Below, piece by piece: positions 49,863 through 61,199 of a stretch of DNA of 64,000 bases; position 1 is the stretch's first letter; each line of letters starts with the position of its first letter. The notes under the pieces are model-generated. The model worked only from the letters and a program-made list of their open reading frames with translations, ran no database searches and was not told the origin of the DNA. Made by a program: the position numbers and the translations under genes. Source of the DNA: Takakia lepidozioides (taxonomy: Eukaryota > Plantae > Bryophyta); NCBI GenBank assembly GCA_030704615.1, contig CM060734.1, positions 23,870,001 to 23,934,000 of the forward strand, in the 5' to 3' direction.

Positions 49863-51349
49863 CCTAGAGTCATTCCGCGACTATTGGTGGCAAGCTCGCG
49901 CTGGTCAATCATGGTTGAGGTCCACCCTTCCGTCCCGTGCGGAGCCATGCAGTCATGACGACGTCTACCAACGTAGTCGCCCAGAGGACTATGTAGTCAC
50001 GCAGTCAGTTCAACGACTACATGAAACCCCATTTGGTCCAAAAATACAGGGAAGTCATGGTCAAAGTCAGGAAAACCATGACTACCGCGGCTTGGCAGTC
50101 ACATATACCGCGATATGTTGTAGTGTGTCTATGATCACAAAATTGACCTTTTTTGGACAACATAATTGTCAATAGAGCTCGAATGTATGCAAGGCAGCAG
50201 GATTGAGGCTGTGCAAGTACGGGCCAACTAAAATGCTGAGGCACAACAACCACTTACATGCCCATGTGGCTATAAAAGGACAGTTTACGAGTCCATGGGA
50301 AGCTCAGACACCTTACTGGATAAAGAAATCAGAAAAACTGGCGAATACATTTGGCTTTGACAGAGAAAAAAACAGAATAATGATGTACTTGATTTGTTGC
50401 AAGGTATACCCTGTGGGGATTGTTCGGTGGTGGGCTTTTGCTTCTTTCCTGCAGCCTGCCTTCCTGCTGGCACAGTTCGTGTGTTAATGGAGACACCGTC
50501 AACAAATTTTGTCCGGACGATGACATCCGCATTGTTGAACATGCCCTCTTTCAAGGACACCACAATAAACTGTCGTTCACAACACAATCACCTTTTAGGA
50601 AGGGCAGATTACACATTCACCTTTCCCACTAATGGCTAGAAAGGGCATGGATCCATTTTTCTATAACAAGGAAGGGCATGGGTTTGTGTATGATACATGC
50701 ACATACCTGAGATTGGGGAAAGCGAGCTTTGATCATACGACCAATGTTCTGCGTGTGGCTGAGATCAAGAGCCGCATCAACCTACCAGACAACAAGCCAA
50801 ATATAACACTGCAACCGTTTTTTTCTCCTCTTGGTTCAACTTGCCTGTCATCATTGTTTCTGTCAGCCAACTTATCACTTGTGAAGATGATGGCATTGTG
50901 GGTAAATGCCACTCATTGGGTTTGAGGACTTCTGAAACGTAGACAATTCTTTTTCATTGTAATATATGTAATAGAACAGGAACAAAAGGCTCTAAAAATC
51001 ACCTCATCAAGAATGTAGAGAGGTGCTGGTTTGAACAAAAGAAGGGCAAGGATGAGAGAGAGGGCTAGCAAGGATCGTTGGCCCCCGCTGAGCTTTGAGA
51101 GTGATTGCTTCCAAACCCCTCCAAATGCAACACGGACCTCCAGCCCATCCATGAAACCACCACCTTCAGGGGGCTCCATTTTGGCCATTGTACCTGGCAA
51201 TAGCATTGAAATTATTGACCCAAAGTCCCTGCAGCCCACAAAAATACATTAACTTGAGTGCACTTATCCCGACTACATGGCTTGTTCAGATTCTTTTGTA
51301 CAAAAATTTCTGCTCATCATCCTCTCACCATATCTCTGAATCCTGGTCT

Positions 51350-51588
51350 AAGCCCAGGCCCTCCTGAGGCCTAGTTTTTGGGCAAATCACACACAGCAGA
51401 TTGATGCTTGTGTGAAGGGATTTCTAGAGGATATCTGGAAAACCCGGATTAATTCTTTATATGGAGGTAAGTCTTACTACCAACGTCAGCCCCTGACAGA
51501 GGTAGGTTCTGTCCCTTTTGCTCCCGCTCAAACTGGGCGCGGGGTCAATGGCCACAAGGCTACGGCAAACAACATCTTATGAGTACAA
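51350..51588 (+). mobile_element. 239-bp 3' fragment of the tail-less LINE family, in an SMC2 intron
   Basis: Near-identical to 53222-53460; 15-bp TSD TCTGAATCCTGGTCT (51335-51349, 51589-51603). Confidence 0.95.
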
Positions 51589-53221
51589 TCTGAATCCTGG
51601 TCTCTCTGCATGTATGCCAGTGTAAAGGACTTCCTTCCTTGTTGACTTTCTGCCAGGTGATATTCAATTGCTCCTTCTTTTTCTCATCCAGCTCCTGAAT
51701 CACCTTCTGTATCTTTTCTTTATCATTCTGCAGCAAAGGATCGTGCCACGTAAACCTGTGACGTGACTGCAATTCACAATCTGTAGTTGACTGTTGTCCT
51801 TGGTAATGAATTCAAACAAAATCCTGAACTTTCAGATCTGGCAGTTGAGATACAGCCTTTAAGAGTCACAACACGGCCAGGCAAAATGCCACAACACTGC
51901 CCCTTTGCAACTATCTATGTCAAGAGACTAGGATGTTTAGCAGACCAACAATTATGAGGGAAGCTGCAGCCCAGAAGTGTAGAACCGGAATCTTTCTCGG
52001 TCATCAAAGAACTCCACTCAGTGACTTGCGTAAGTGCAAAAGAGAGGACAGCAGACCTCGACAATTTTCTTTTTTTTTCTGGAGTTCCAAGGCCTTGAAG
52101 TCTTCCTCTGCCTTATCAAACATAGCATCTGCCTTCTTGTTAACCCGTTTATCGTTCCTGCAAAATATCACATATCCAAAATGTCAACTGTAGATAACAA
52201 CAGTTTCACTCAAAGCTAAGGTAAGAGGGGGCACTTAGTTCTACTTACTTTCTGCTTACAAGTGTGGGAAGACCCCATGCCCAGTTTGAGGGAAACCCAG
52301 ATATGGTGGACAAGAAGAGAGCATAATACAGGCCATTGCTGAAGGACAGAGACACGGGGATGCACAGAAAGAATGAAACCAAGAAAAGAATTTACATAAT
52401 GTCAACAGAGGCCATGAGCAATTGGGAGTGGACATCCTAAATGTGGCCCTGAAGAGAGGACATACGTCTCCTGTTCAGCTTGCAAATGCTCGAAATCCTG
52501 TTATGCAACAGGAGCGATCCGTGTGACGAAGTCGTAATCAGTGCCAGGTTTGCGAAACAACTGCTTCTCTGTAGCAATCCACTGATGCTGCTCCAGTAAC
52601 TTGTCCACTTTCTGTGCACAATCCCGTTGTTCTTTCTCCACTCGCTTCACCTGTGCCGTTATCACCGACCCAGGTCACATTTCCACAATCACCACTGCTC
52701 AACGAAGTCAAAGACACACCCAAGCATACTCAATGAAAGAAGAAAGTTAGTGCAGAAATGAAAAGGACTGGTACTTATGGACTGGTATTTTCTAATGTCG
52801 GCAGAAAGCTTGAAGTGCTTGTGGGACAAGAGAAAGCAAGATACAAGAAAAGAATTGTATAACGTCCACAGAAGGAGAAATGAAATGATAGGGTACTTTA
52901 TAAGGTCCATGGACAAGAGGAAGTAAGAAACAAGAAAGAGAAAGGGGCTACAAGCAGCCCAAAAGCACCTACTGCTCAAGGGATTGTGTAAGAGTGAATG
53001 CTTCATGCAGGTAAGCTGCCAAGCAAGAAAAGACACGAGAGAGAGGTTTACAACATCCATGGGGAGCTCAGAGTAAGAAAGAGAACTGTACAGAGTCCAT
53101 GGGAGCTCACAGAGCTTAGGTCACGAAGAAAAGACAAGACACAATGAATTCAAATGTTAGCCCCCAACAACCAGCCTCCACCCCAAACCATAAAACTACT
53201 ATCCAACTTTGAGTGAATAGA

Positions 53222-54766
53222 TTGTACTCATAAGACGTTGTTTGCCGTAGCCTTGTGGCCATTGACCCCGCGCCCAGTTTGAGCGGGAACAAAAGGGACA
53301 GAACCTACCTCTGTCAGGGGCTGACGTTGGTAGTAAGACTTACCTCCATATAAAGAATTAATCCGGGTTTTCCAGATATCCTCTAGAAATCCCTTCACAC
53401 AAGCATCAATCTGCTGTGTGTGATTTGCCCAAAAACTAGGCCTCAGGAGGGCCTGGGCTTTTGGCTCAGCCTCGAGGGGTACAGGCACAAATCCCTTAAT
53501 AGATTTGAAGAGAGCGTCTCTTTGGTGAGAGAACCCCGGACAGTGTATCAGAAAATGAATACTGTCTTCAGATTGCCCACACAACGGGCAATTGCACTCT
53601 CCCTTTCCTCTCTGCTTCTGTTTGCTGTTCAAAGGTAGGCTTCCTGCCCTGAGTTTAAATTTCAGTCTAGTGCCGAGAGTGGGTAGACCCTTGAGGTCAT
53701 CCAAGATGTCCTCCCCCATGTCACAGACTGGAAACAAGTTCAGGGAAGTTTTCTGCCTAACTTCATTTTCATCAGACAATCTCATGGCAACAGACATGGC
53801 TGAGGACACTACAGCCTCTAAGTCAAATTTATCCAGCAGGGTCGAGACTTGTGGATCCAGGTCCAGGTCCTTGAGGATCTCTTCTACTCTCTTCTGCCAG
53901 GACTTAGCCTGTTTGACAGGGCGGTCCTGTTTCCAAGATATAGAGTCGATTAACTTAGGATATCTGGTGTTGGGCATATGTTGCAGCTGACCCCACCATC
54001 TGACCTTGAATTCATCTCGTCGGGAGCTTAAGGATGGAATGCCAAACTCACCCCGAACAGCCACATTGGCTGTTTTGGAGCATGCTGACATACACTCCTT
54101 AAGCACCCCCACTTGAATGGATTCTAGAGACTTAGCCTGGTTGGAGTTATCAACCCATATAGCAGATCCGTACTCCAAGGCAGGTCTAATAACGCGACAA
54201 AGCATAATTATCTTAACCTCAGAGTTGACCCCTCTGCAGTGGAAAAATTTAGTGAGCCCCAGAGCTTTGCCCTTGCCAGTTTGAACAACTTTCCGGATAT
54301 GTGCATCCCAATTACAATTGGAGGAGAACTCAACGCCCAGGTAAGTGTAGGAAGGGAGGACCGGGATCTCTTGGCTACCCCACTGCCACTTAAGATCACT
54401 TCCTCCCTCTCCTCTGTCGTTGAATGCTACCACTGCACATTTGCTGACATTAGCCTCTAGCCCCCAAAGATCAAAGTATCTCTTCGCGCAATCAATCAAC
54501 TCCTGGAGATTGGTTGGAGTCTCCCCTATGCCTGCAAAGTCATCCGCAAACATAAGGGCTGGTATGGTGGTATCACCCACCCTTAACCCAAATCCCTCAC
54601 TTTCCACATCCTCGAGGAGTTGATTGATGAAAACATTGAAGAGCAGAGGGGAGAGAGTACATCCTTGAGCTACACCTAGGTCTATGTCAAAGAAGTTGGA
54701 CTTCTGTCCGTTAACAGTGACACAGCTTTTGGTGTGAGCATACAAGTTGTGGACAACTCTCCACAT
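53222..54766 (-). mobile_element. 5'-truncated LINE (RTE-X-like, tentative) with open RT/C-terminal ORF, in an SMC2 intron
   Basis: GVAQGCTLSPLLF, LMFADD, YTYLGV, RPALEYGS..W, CPLCGQSEDSIHFLIHCP; 15-bp TSD CTTTGAGTGAATAGA (53207-53221, 54767-54781); no poly(A). Confidence 0.92.
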
Positions 54767-55971
54767 CTTTGAGTGAATAGAGAGAAACTTTATGATGTCC
54801 ACGCAAAGCTCAAGAGAACGGGGTGAATGGTGAAGATGGAAAAGGAGCACTTAGAATTTGGTGTATACCTACCTCATTGTCAAGTCTCTTTGATTGTAGA
54901 ATGCTTTCAACCAGTTTCTGCTTTAGCTCGCTCTGTGCTGTAACCATTGCACTTATTTGTGCATCGCATTCTTTCATCCTAGCACGATTTGCGTTGAGCT
55001 CCTCACTGACCTTCAGGTGTTCATTTTGAATTAAATCCCTCTGAAGAACTACAACATAGAGTACGTACAACATCTATAAAAGCTGGAAGTGTATAGCCTT
55101 TAAAGGAAACGACCCAAACAACACTGCCACCAGCACCCATTCTGTGGCTGTCACCACGCACCCTGGTGAGTGAAAACCCCAGACTGCTACAAGAGGATCA
55201 GTATTGTGCAGGGACTTCAAATGGTTTCATCATTGTCAAGGCCAGCACAGTCAATAGGTACTCTCAAGGTCTCTCTTTCTGCTTCCTGCGGAAGTAACAG
55301 ATTTCTTACTTATCTTTGCCACTAATTCTTCAGCTTTGTCCACACATTTCTTAGTCTCCCTCAACTTATTTATTCACTGCGCTGAAGAACGCATCATTCA
55401 GTAACTACCGATTTATTACTCAAGTTAAAAATCAGCGCTCAGTCAGGGACTTTGAAATCGAATTCTTAAGGCTCCTTGAGGAAGAATTGGGCACCAAATG
55501 TTAGCAACTACCTTGCTTCCATCTTGCCAACAGCTTCTTCCAGCTTCTTGATTTGAGTGTGGACTGCAGAGAGTTTAGTCCCAAGCAGGCGCTTCTCTTC
55601 CATGGCATAGCGATCCTGCAGGAGGACCACCGCCTTCACCATTGCTGCTTACACCCTCCTTGCGCTGCAAGCTATGCCGTCCCTCCTCTGACCGCGACCC
55701 CGATGTCACACACTTCTGAGAAGCTGCTACCTGCATTCGCAATATTGGCAATATACGAAGGCCCTCCACAGTCTGGATTCGCATTCACCCGGCCAGGGCC
55801 GCATTCTTCCTTCCCGCCATGTCCGATGCAGCACGGGCGTCCATGTCACAGGTGGAGCCAGTACATATTACAATATGTATTCCCCGTCAGACTTTCATTG
55901 TTCACCTCTTTTTGTGAAACACACGTCAGCAAATGTCCCCCCCAATCCCGGGTACAATCAATGCGCAGTGG

Positions 55972-58900
55972 TTTTTTTTTTTTTTTTAATTTTAATTTTT
56001 TTTGAAGGATTTCTCATTTTATAACCAATTCGGGGAAAAAAATAAAACCCCAAGTGACACCATAAGGATGGGGGAACCAAAAGCTCCGCATAAAACACAG
56101 TATTGAACTGGTAAACCTAAGGAAGCCAAGCCTTAATAATGAGAGAGTCCTCCAAAAAGCAGCGTATGAAGCCGAGATTATCGAGGGGCTAATCTACGAG
56201 AAATCATACTAGCGAAAGTTAAGCCTGGAGGTCGTGGCAGGGTGCTTGACGTGCTTCCAGTTGACGTCTCTCTCAAATTCTGGCGAGGCCGTGGATTGGA
56301 GCTCGGAGGTTTCTCCAGCGGTGAGGGGGGAGAGTGTTCCAAACACAGAGATCTTGCTCGTCGCTTTGGCAAACGATGCCATGGCAGGCCCACGTTGATA
56401 TGAAAGTGGCAAGGATTGCGGGCGCTTGCCTGGAGGCTTTCTCGCAATTTGCAACACATTTCGCCCAAGCTTTTTTTGATTCCGTAAGCAGGTCACTGTA
56501 AACCAATGACAGTAAACCCGAGGTAGAGCCCGTTTCATCATTGAAAGTTTTCTTGCATCTAGCTCGCCACAAATGCCACAGGGTAGAAGCTCTAAGAGTT
56601 TCGAATACTGGGAAGATTCTTGCCCTGGTGGACTTGTTGTAGTTTAGGAGGAGGTCCAGAGGGGAGATGACGTTCAGGCTCCAATGCCTGTAAAAGACTT
56701 TGATTAAGGGCCAAATTTTAGCCGGTGCAGTGCAAGTGAGTAGGCAATGCTCATGGGGTCTCGATGATTCCTCAGTGCGTGGAGAGCTGATTTCCAGCGG
56801 AGCAACAGGAGGGGAAGGGGGGGTTGGGGTGGTTGCTGGGATAGAAAACGAGCTGATTGCAGCTTGGACCTCCTGGATGGAGGGCAGATGAGAGGCTGCG
56901 CTGTGTGGAATCTCTGCAGGCTAGACGAGGAAGTCACCGGGTTGAGCCAGAGCGTAATTGTTCCCAGGAGCAGCCTCAACTCCATCATCAGCCAGGGGCT
57001 GCACACCAATTGAAGCACTTAAGGAAGAGGACCCAGAGAGGTTTGGACGGAACCCCCTGAGGTGATCCCTCGTTCTTTGCAGGTCGTCCCTGTGGTTAGC
57101 CTCCTCCATGCGCTGGTCAATCAACCTTGAAAGAAGGAAAAAAACATTTGAAAGCAAATCCTTTGCCCTGATATGCGCCGGCTGCTTTCCCCATGGCCTG
57201 TTTAAGCAGTCCTCCCTGATCCACCAGGACTTACTAGGGGGAGTGTGGTAGATGTCTGCATCCTCCATCAGAGCCAACACATTGGTATTTGGCTTGCAGT
57301 TTAAATACGGGTGCTCTTCAACGTACGCCCCCTAGGTAATGACTGAGGAGAGAGCAATGAGATAGCACGGCATATGATTGGAGAAGAACTCTTGGATTTT
57401 GGCCATAAGCATACATTGCGGGCTGCTGTTGGGGGGACTCTTTTCAACAAAGCTCAAGACATCCTGATTGGTTAGGGACTCTAGATCGTGCTTGTCTTCA
57501 GATGTGATGAGGATTGAGGCCGGGGGATCTATCTTGAAGATAATTGGCGTGACGCAAGAGGCTTTGGGGGCATCATTGGTAGATACGATCGAGCAACCCG
57601 GCAGCACCAGGTCTGGAAAGGATTTAATTGACTTTAGCACTACTGCCACCACGTGGTTACCTGCTATTGCTGAAGGCACCAGCTGCTTGGGGGGATCACA
57701 CCCTGCAGTGTCTTGAACCGAAGGAGAAGGACTCCCATGGCAAGTTGCATGCACAGTGACAGGGCGGGGGGGGGGCATCTCCTCACCATTAGGGACCGGC
57801 ATTGAGAAGTTGGCCTCAAGATGCATTGGGTCCGTAGGATCTTTTTGTTTTTTTGCAATGTGAACCGGGCTAAACTGGAGCAGATCTGATGATAGAGAAA
57901 GGGGAGGAGACAGAAGCGAGAGGGAGGGAAATGGAGGGACAGGGGGAGGGGGAGGCGGGGTAGGGGTTGAGGAGATCGAATCGAATTGATCATTGGTGGA
58001 GGGGTGGACATTGTGCAACACACTAGGGGATATTTTCTTTTTGGAAAGGGGGCAGTTAATTTTGATGTGACCTTGCTTGCCACAGCCGAAGCAGGCTGAA
58101 TAAAAGACATCCTCTATCAGCCTAATTGTGTAGTAGTTCCCTTCCAAGTCAATTGGCAGACGCACATAATCTGGCATAACCGCCTCATAAGGCATCATGA
58201 GCACCATTTTGGGGCACCCGTTTTTATTCATCTTGGTAGCAATGGTGGCAGATTTCCACGCCGGGATTTTCCGAAGGGTATCAGTATTCATGAGGGGATC
58301 AAAGACCCCTAGACAACCCAGGTAAGAGCCAAAATGATTGGCTATGTCAGGCAGGTTGACCAGGGACTGATCCGGTATAAACGGAATGGAAACAATTCTA
58401 GGACCCCACAACTTGTCGTTTTTGTTTCTGAGCTTGGAGGACCACGAGAAAATATTCATGTTAAATCCCCTTAGATGCGGATTGAACTGCAGGGCCTTAT
58501 CAGCAGCTTCAGGAGATTCAAACATGATAGAAAAGAAACCACGCCCTTTGGCTATGCAGAAGTGATGCGTAAGGTCGCCATGCCCCCCGAAGTAACGAGT
58601 CGCCCAATCTCTTACGTAAGAACGCGACACCTTCCTACCAGGGAAATGTAGCAAGATGCCAGATTCTTCCATACCTGTGATTCTGCTGTGCAGATCCGGG
58701 ATGTCCAACTTGATGAGGGGGAGATCCTTGTTCATAGATACTTGCTCTTCGAGGTGGTCAGGGCTGAACTCCACTTCCTCTAGCTCTGGCGTAGAGATGA
58801 ATTGCACCGGAACGGATGAGGACCCTACCTCCTTGGGAAGGACGTGGGGAGGGGGCGGAGCCATGGGATGAGGGAGCTGCTTTGGCCTATAAGTTTGCCG

Positions 58901-59774
58901 AGCTCATGTGGATCTTGCCTGGTGGGCCATGAAGAATCCGAAGCTTGAGGATGGCTGGGACCCACCAGGAAGCCGCGAGCTCTGCTGACCTTGGTGGCGA
59001 CGGGGCCAAGCTGAGGATTTGGATCGCTGGTGGGGCATGTAGCTGGGACCCATTGGAAGGAAGGCAAGAGGGACGGGTAGAGGGAGAGAGACTTAGCACT
59101 CAGATGTAGTTAGAGCCAGAACAAGAAGCACTGGAGGGGAAGCCGGTGGGGGTCGAACTAACAGTGAAGCTAAAAACAAACTTCGATCCGAGATGAGATT
59201 GGAGAAGAAATCGTTGATAGTGACGGAGAAATGCACGCTGTCTAGAAACTGAAGCAGAATTCAAGAATTAGAACACGAAGACAAGAGCAGTGGGCAGTTG
59301 GAAAGGGAGGAGTGAAGCTCGATAAACTAGACGAGAGAGATACTTCGTCTAGCTTGAGCTGGAATGAAGCCAGTGCACAAAGGTGGCACCACTTTGAATC
59401 AAAGCGACAGGGACAACTTGTCTCTCCATAAATGATAGTCGGCTGCTGAGAGGGGGGAAGATCGAAGTAATTAGACGAAGGCGGCGATAGCACGCACGAA
59501 ATGATGAATGAAACAGGGAAAGTTGGGATGAACCGTTCTGGATATTAGGAGAAGCGAAAAATCACGCAGAAGCGCGAAAAACACACATAAACCAGTTATA
59601 TGAGAACAGGAAAAAACATTCTAACTCTATGCTATACGCAAACCACTTGAGAATCGAGACAATGATAACATCTAGTGTCCAACAGCTTGGGAGAAACCTC
59701 GCCAGAGAGACGAAGCGACCGTTGGGATCATCTCTCACCGCGAAACGCGGAGCGCCGAGAGCCATCGTCCTCAT
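55972..59774 (-). mobile_element. L1-derived element with long ORF1 and only the C-terminal tail of ORF2 (no endonuclease, no RT)
   Basis: Poly(A) tail (T-run at 55972-56003); ORF2 tail HCLLTCTAPAKIWP..FETLRASTLWHLWRARC homologous to the L1 at 44060-44500; candidate TSD CAGTGGTTT (55966, 59775). Confidence 0.8.
57332..58864 (-). CDS. L1 ORF1-like protein (RRM/DUF4283-like region, zinc knuckle, Pro-rich tail)
   Basis: KGRGFFSIMFESPEAADKAL..P; CFGCGKQGHIKINCP; 510 aa open. Confidence 0.85.
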   Translation of the reverse strand: MAPPPPHVLPKEVGSSSVPVQFISTPELEEVEFSPDHLEEQVSMNKDLPLIKLDIPDLHSRITGMEESGILLHFPGRKVSRSYVRDWATRYFGGHGDLTHHFCIAKGRGFFSIMFESPEAADKALQFNPHLRGFNMNIFSWSSKLRNKNDKLWGPRIVSIPFIPDQSLVNLPDIANHFGSYLGCLGVFDPLMNTDTLRKIPAWKSATIATKMNKNGCPKMVLMMPYEAVMPDYVRLPIDLEGNYYTIRLIEDVFYSACFGCGKQGHIKINCPLSKKKISPSVLHNVHPSTNDQFDSISSTPTPPPPPPVPPFPSLSLLSPPLSLSSDLLQFSPVHIAKKQKDPTDPMHLEANFSMPVPNGEEMPPPRPVTVHATCHGSPSPSVQDTAGCDPPKQLVPSAIAGNHVVAVVLKSIKSFPDLVLPGCSIVSTNDAPKASCVTPIIFKIDPPASILITSEDKHDLESLTNQDVLSFVEKSPPNSSPQCMLMAKIQEFFSNHMPCYLIALSSVIT

Positions 59775-59780
59775 CAGTGG

Positions 59781-60072
59781 TTTATGGAGTCGCCCACTCG
59801 ACTGTATACTCATTTTAATGAATAAATATTTTTATTCCATTAGATCTAATAGGAACGTATTTTTCTAGTCATAATTAGAACCACTTGTAATTGCCGTTTT
59901 TCAAAAAAATTCAATTTATTTTCAATTTACGTAATTGAATGTCTTGGGCTCATCCCTCATCCCATGGATGTGTATCATGCCTTATGGCATCAATGGGGTT
60001 AAATTTTCCCCAAAAATTAATGAATTGGCCAACGCCTTTTTATTAAAAATAAATAAAAATAAAAATAAAAAA
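59781..60072 (+). mobile_element. 3' end of another L1-like element, probably continuous with 55574-55965 before the nested insertion
   Basis: Same CCTTATGG..GGGG..CCCC motif followed by an (AAAAAT)n tail. Confidence 0.6.
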
Positions 60073-61199
60073 TTGAATTAAATAGCCGCGATTATTGCAA
60101 CGACTGCGGACTCATTGACGCAACTTCTATCCGCCATTAGAAATGCCCCCGCGGGCCTTTATTGTCTGTTGCGACTCTCCAGTAGTAACGGGGACTGCGA
60201 AGTTGTTCCCATAGTGGTTTCGGATATGCAGTCGATTCGGAAAAGACACAAATGCTTGTTGTATCTCCTCCAGTGTTGGGAGGTTCTTTGATTCAGCTAC
60301 AAACCTCCGGAGGTTATCAAGAAGATTATATGGATATATAACCGTGGTTCTCAAAAAAGCAAAGAACCGGCGAAGACTCATAACTGCCGATTACGTAACT
60401 GTAGTTGGACGTCCTACACCCGGCGTCGCAATCATGCTCGCTGAAAACAGTGGGGCCTGACACACACATGTGACAGCCTCCACAGCTAACACACTAGCTG
60501 TAATAGCCATAATAGCAAGTGTTGATTCTGCACGTGGTGTAGCTTTCCCAATGGCACGGTAACTTCTGCCTCGGTATCAGTCGAGCGAATAGGTGCCATG
60601 GATGGCGTCGAGACTGTCTCCGCCAATGTGGATGACTGAGGATGTCTGACGGCTTACCTCCCCACGCTGTGGATCCAACTACACCTTTGCACCTCGCGGC
60701 TGAGAAACTCATGCTCCTCCTCGAGTCACGGCTATAACAGAATCCATGTGCACTAGTGGTCATGAAACTGTTGTTTCGCACATGATTCCAATATTACCTG
60801 CCATGTTTGCTCCGGCTGGAAGAGCAGGAGTCAGACCCTTAGGTCTAAGCACAACGACGCTACGCTGTGAGCTCATGCCGTAAGCCAGTGAGCCTAAGAT
60901 ACGTGTTGATGACATGGCGTGAGCCTAGGCTCATGCTTGCAACGTGGCGAACTTCTAGGCTCACACCATGTCATCAACATGAAATATCACCTATACCCCT
61001 GGAATACCACTCTGGACCTATAATAGGGAAAACAACATGGTGCTGCAACGTGGGGAAAAGAAAGCAACCAATTCCCCATTGGCTGTAACACCAAGTGTGA
61101 GGCCTATGAACACCGAACCACGCTATTGGGATAAGCTGGTCGAGTACTGGGAGTCCCCTGGTGGTCACGTCAACATGCGTTCTTCTTCAATGAAAACTG

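Larger units (their letters stand above)
50285..55573 (-). pseudogene. SMC2: 3' part of condensin subunit SMC2, probably pseudogenised; exons about 55573-55512, 55040-54873, 52651-52467, 52157-52057, 51728-51639, 51228-51003, 50781-50707, 50569-stop
   Basis: [69 protein letters not shown]; in-frame TAA (52501-52503), +1 A-run frameshift (52070-52078), GG where a GT donor is expected (51638-51637); upstream exons not found. Confidence 0.88.

Noticed and set aside
49863-49958. C-terminus of the 731-aa transposase
   Set aside because: Similarity to copy 1 ends at VKFAI; the rest is read-through into unrelated DNA.
54767-54850. N-terminus of the 540-aa RT ORF
   Set aside because: Lies beyond the TSD, so it is host intron sequence that happens to be in frame.
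60127-60381. 84-aa ORF
   Set aside because: Short, no recognisable motif, and lies between TE fragments.
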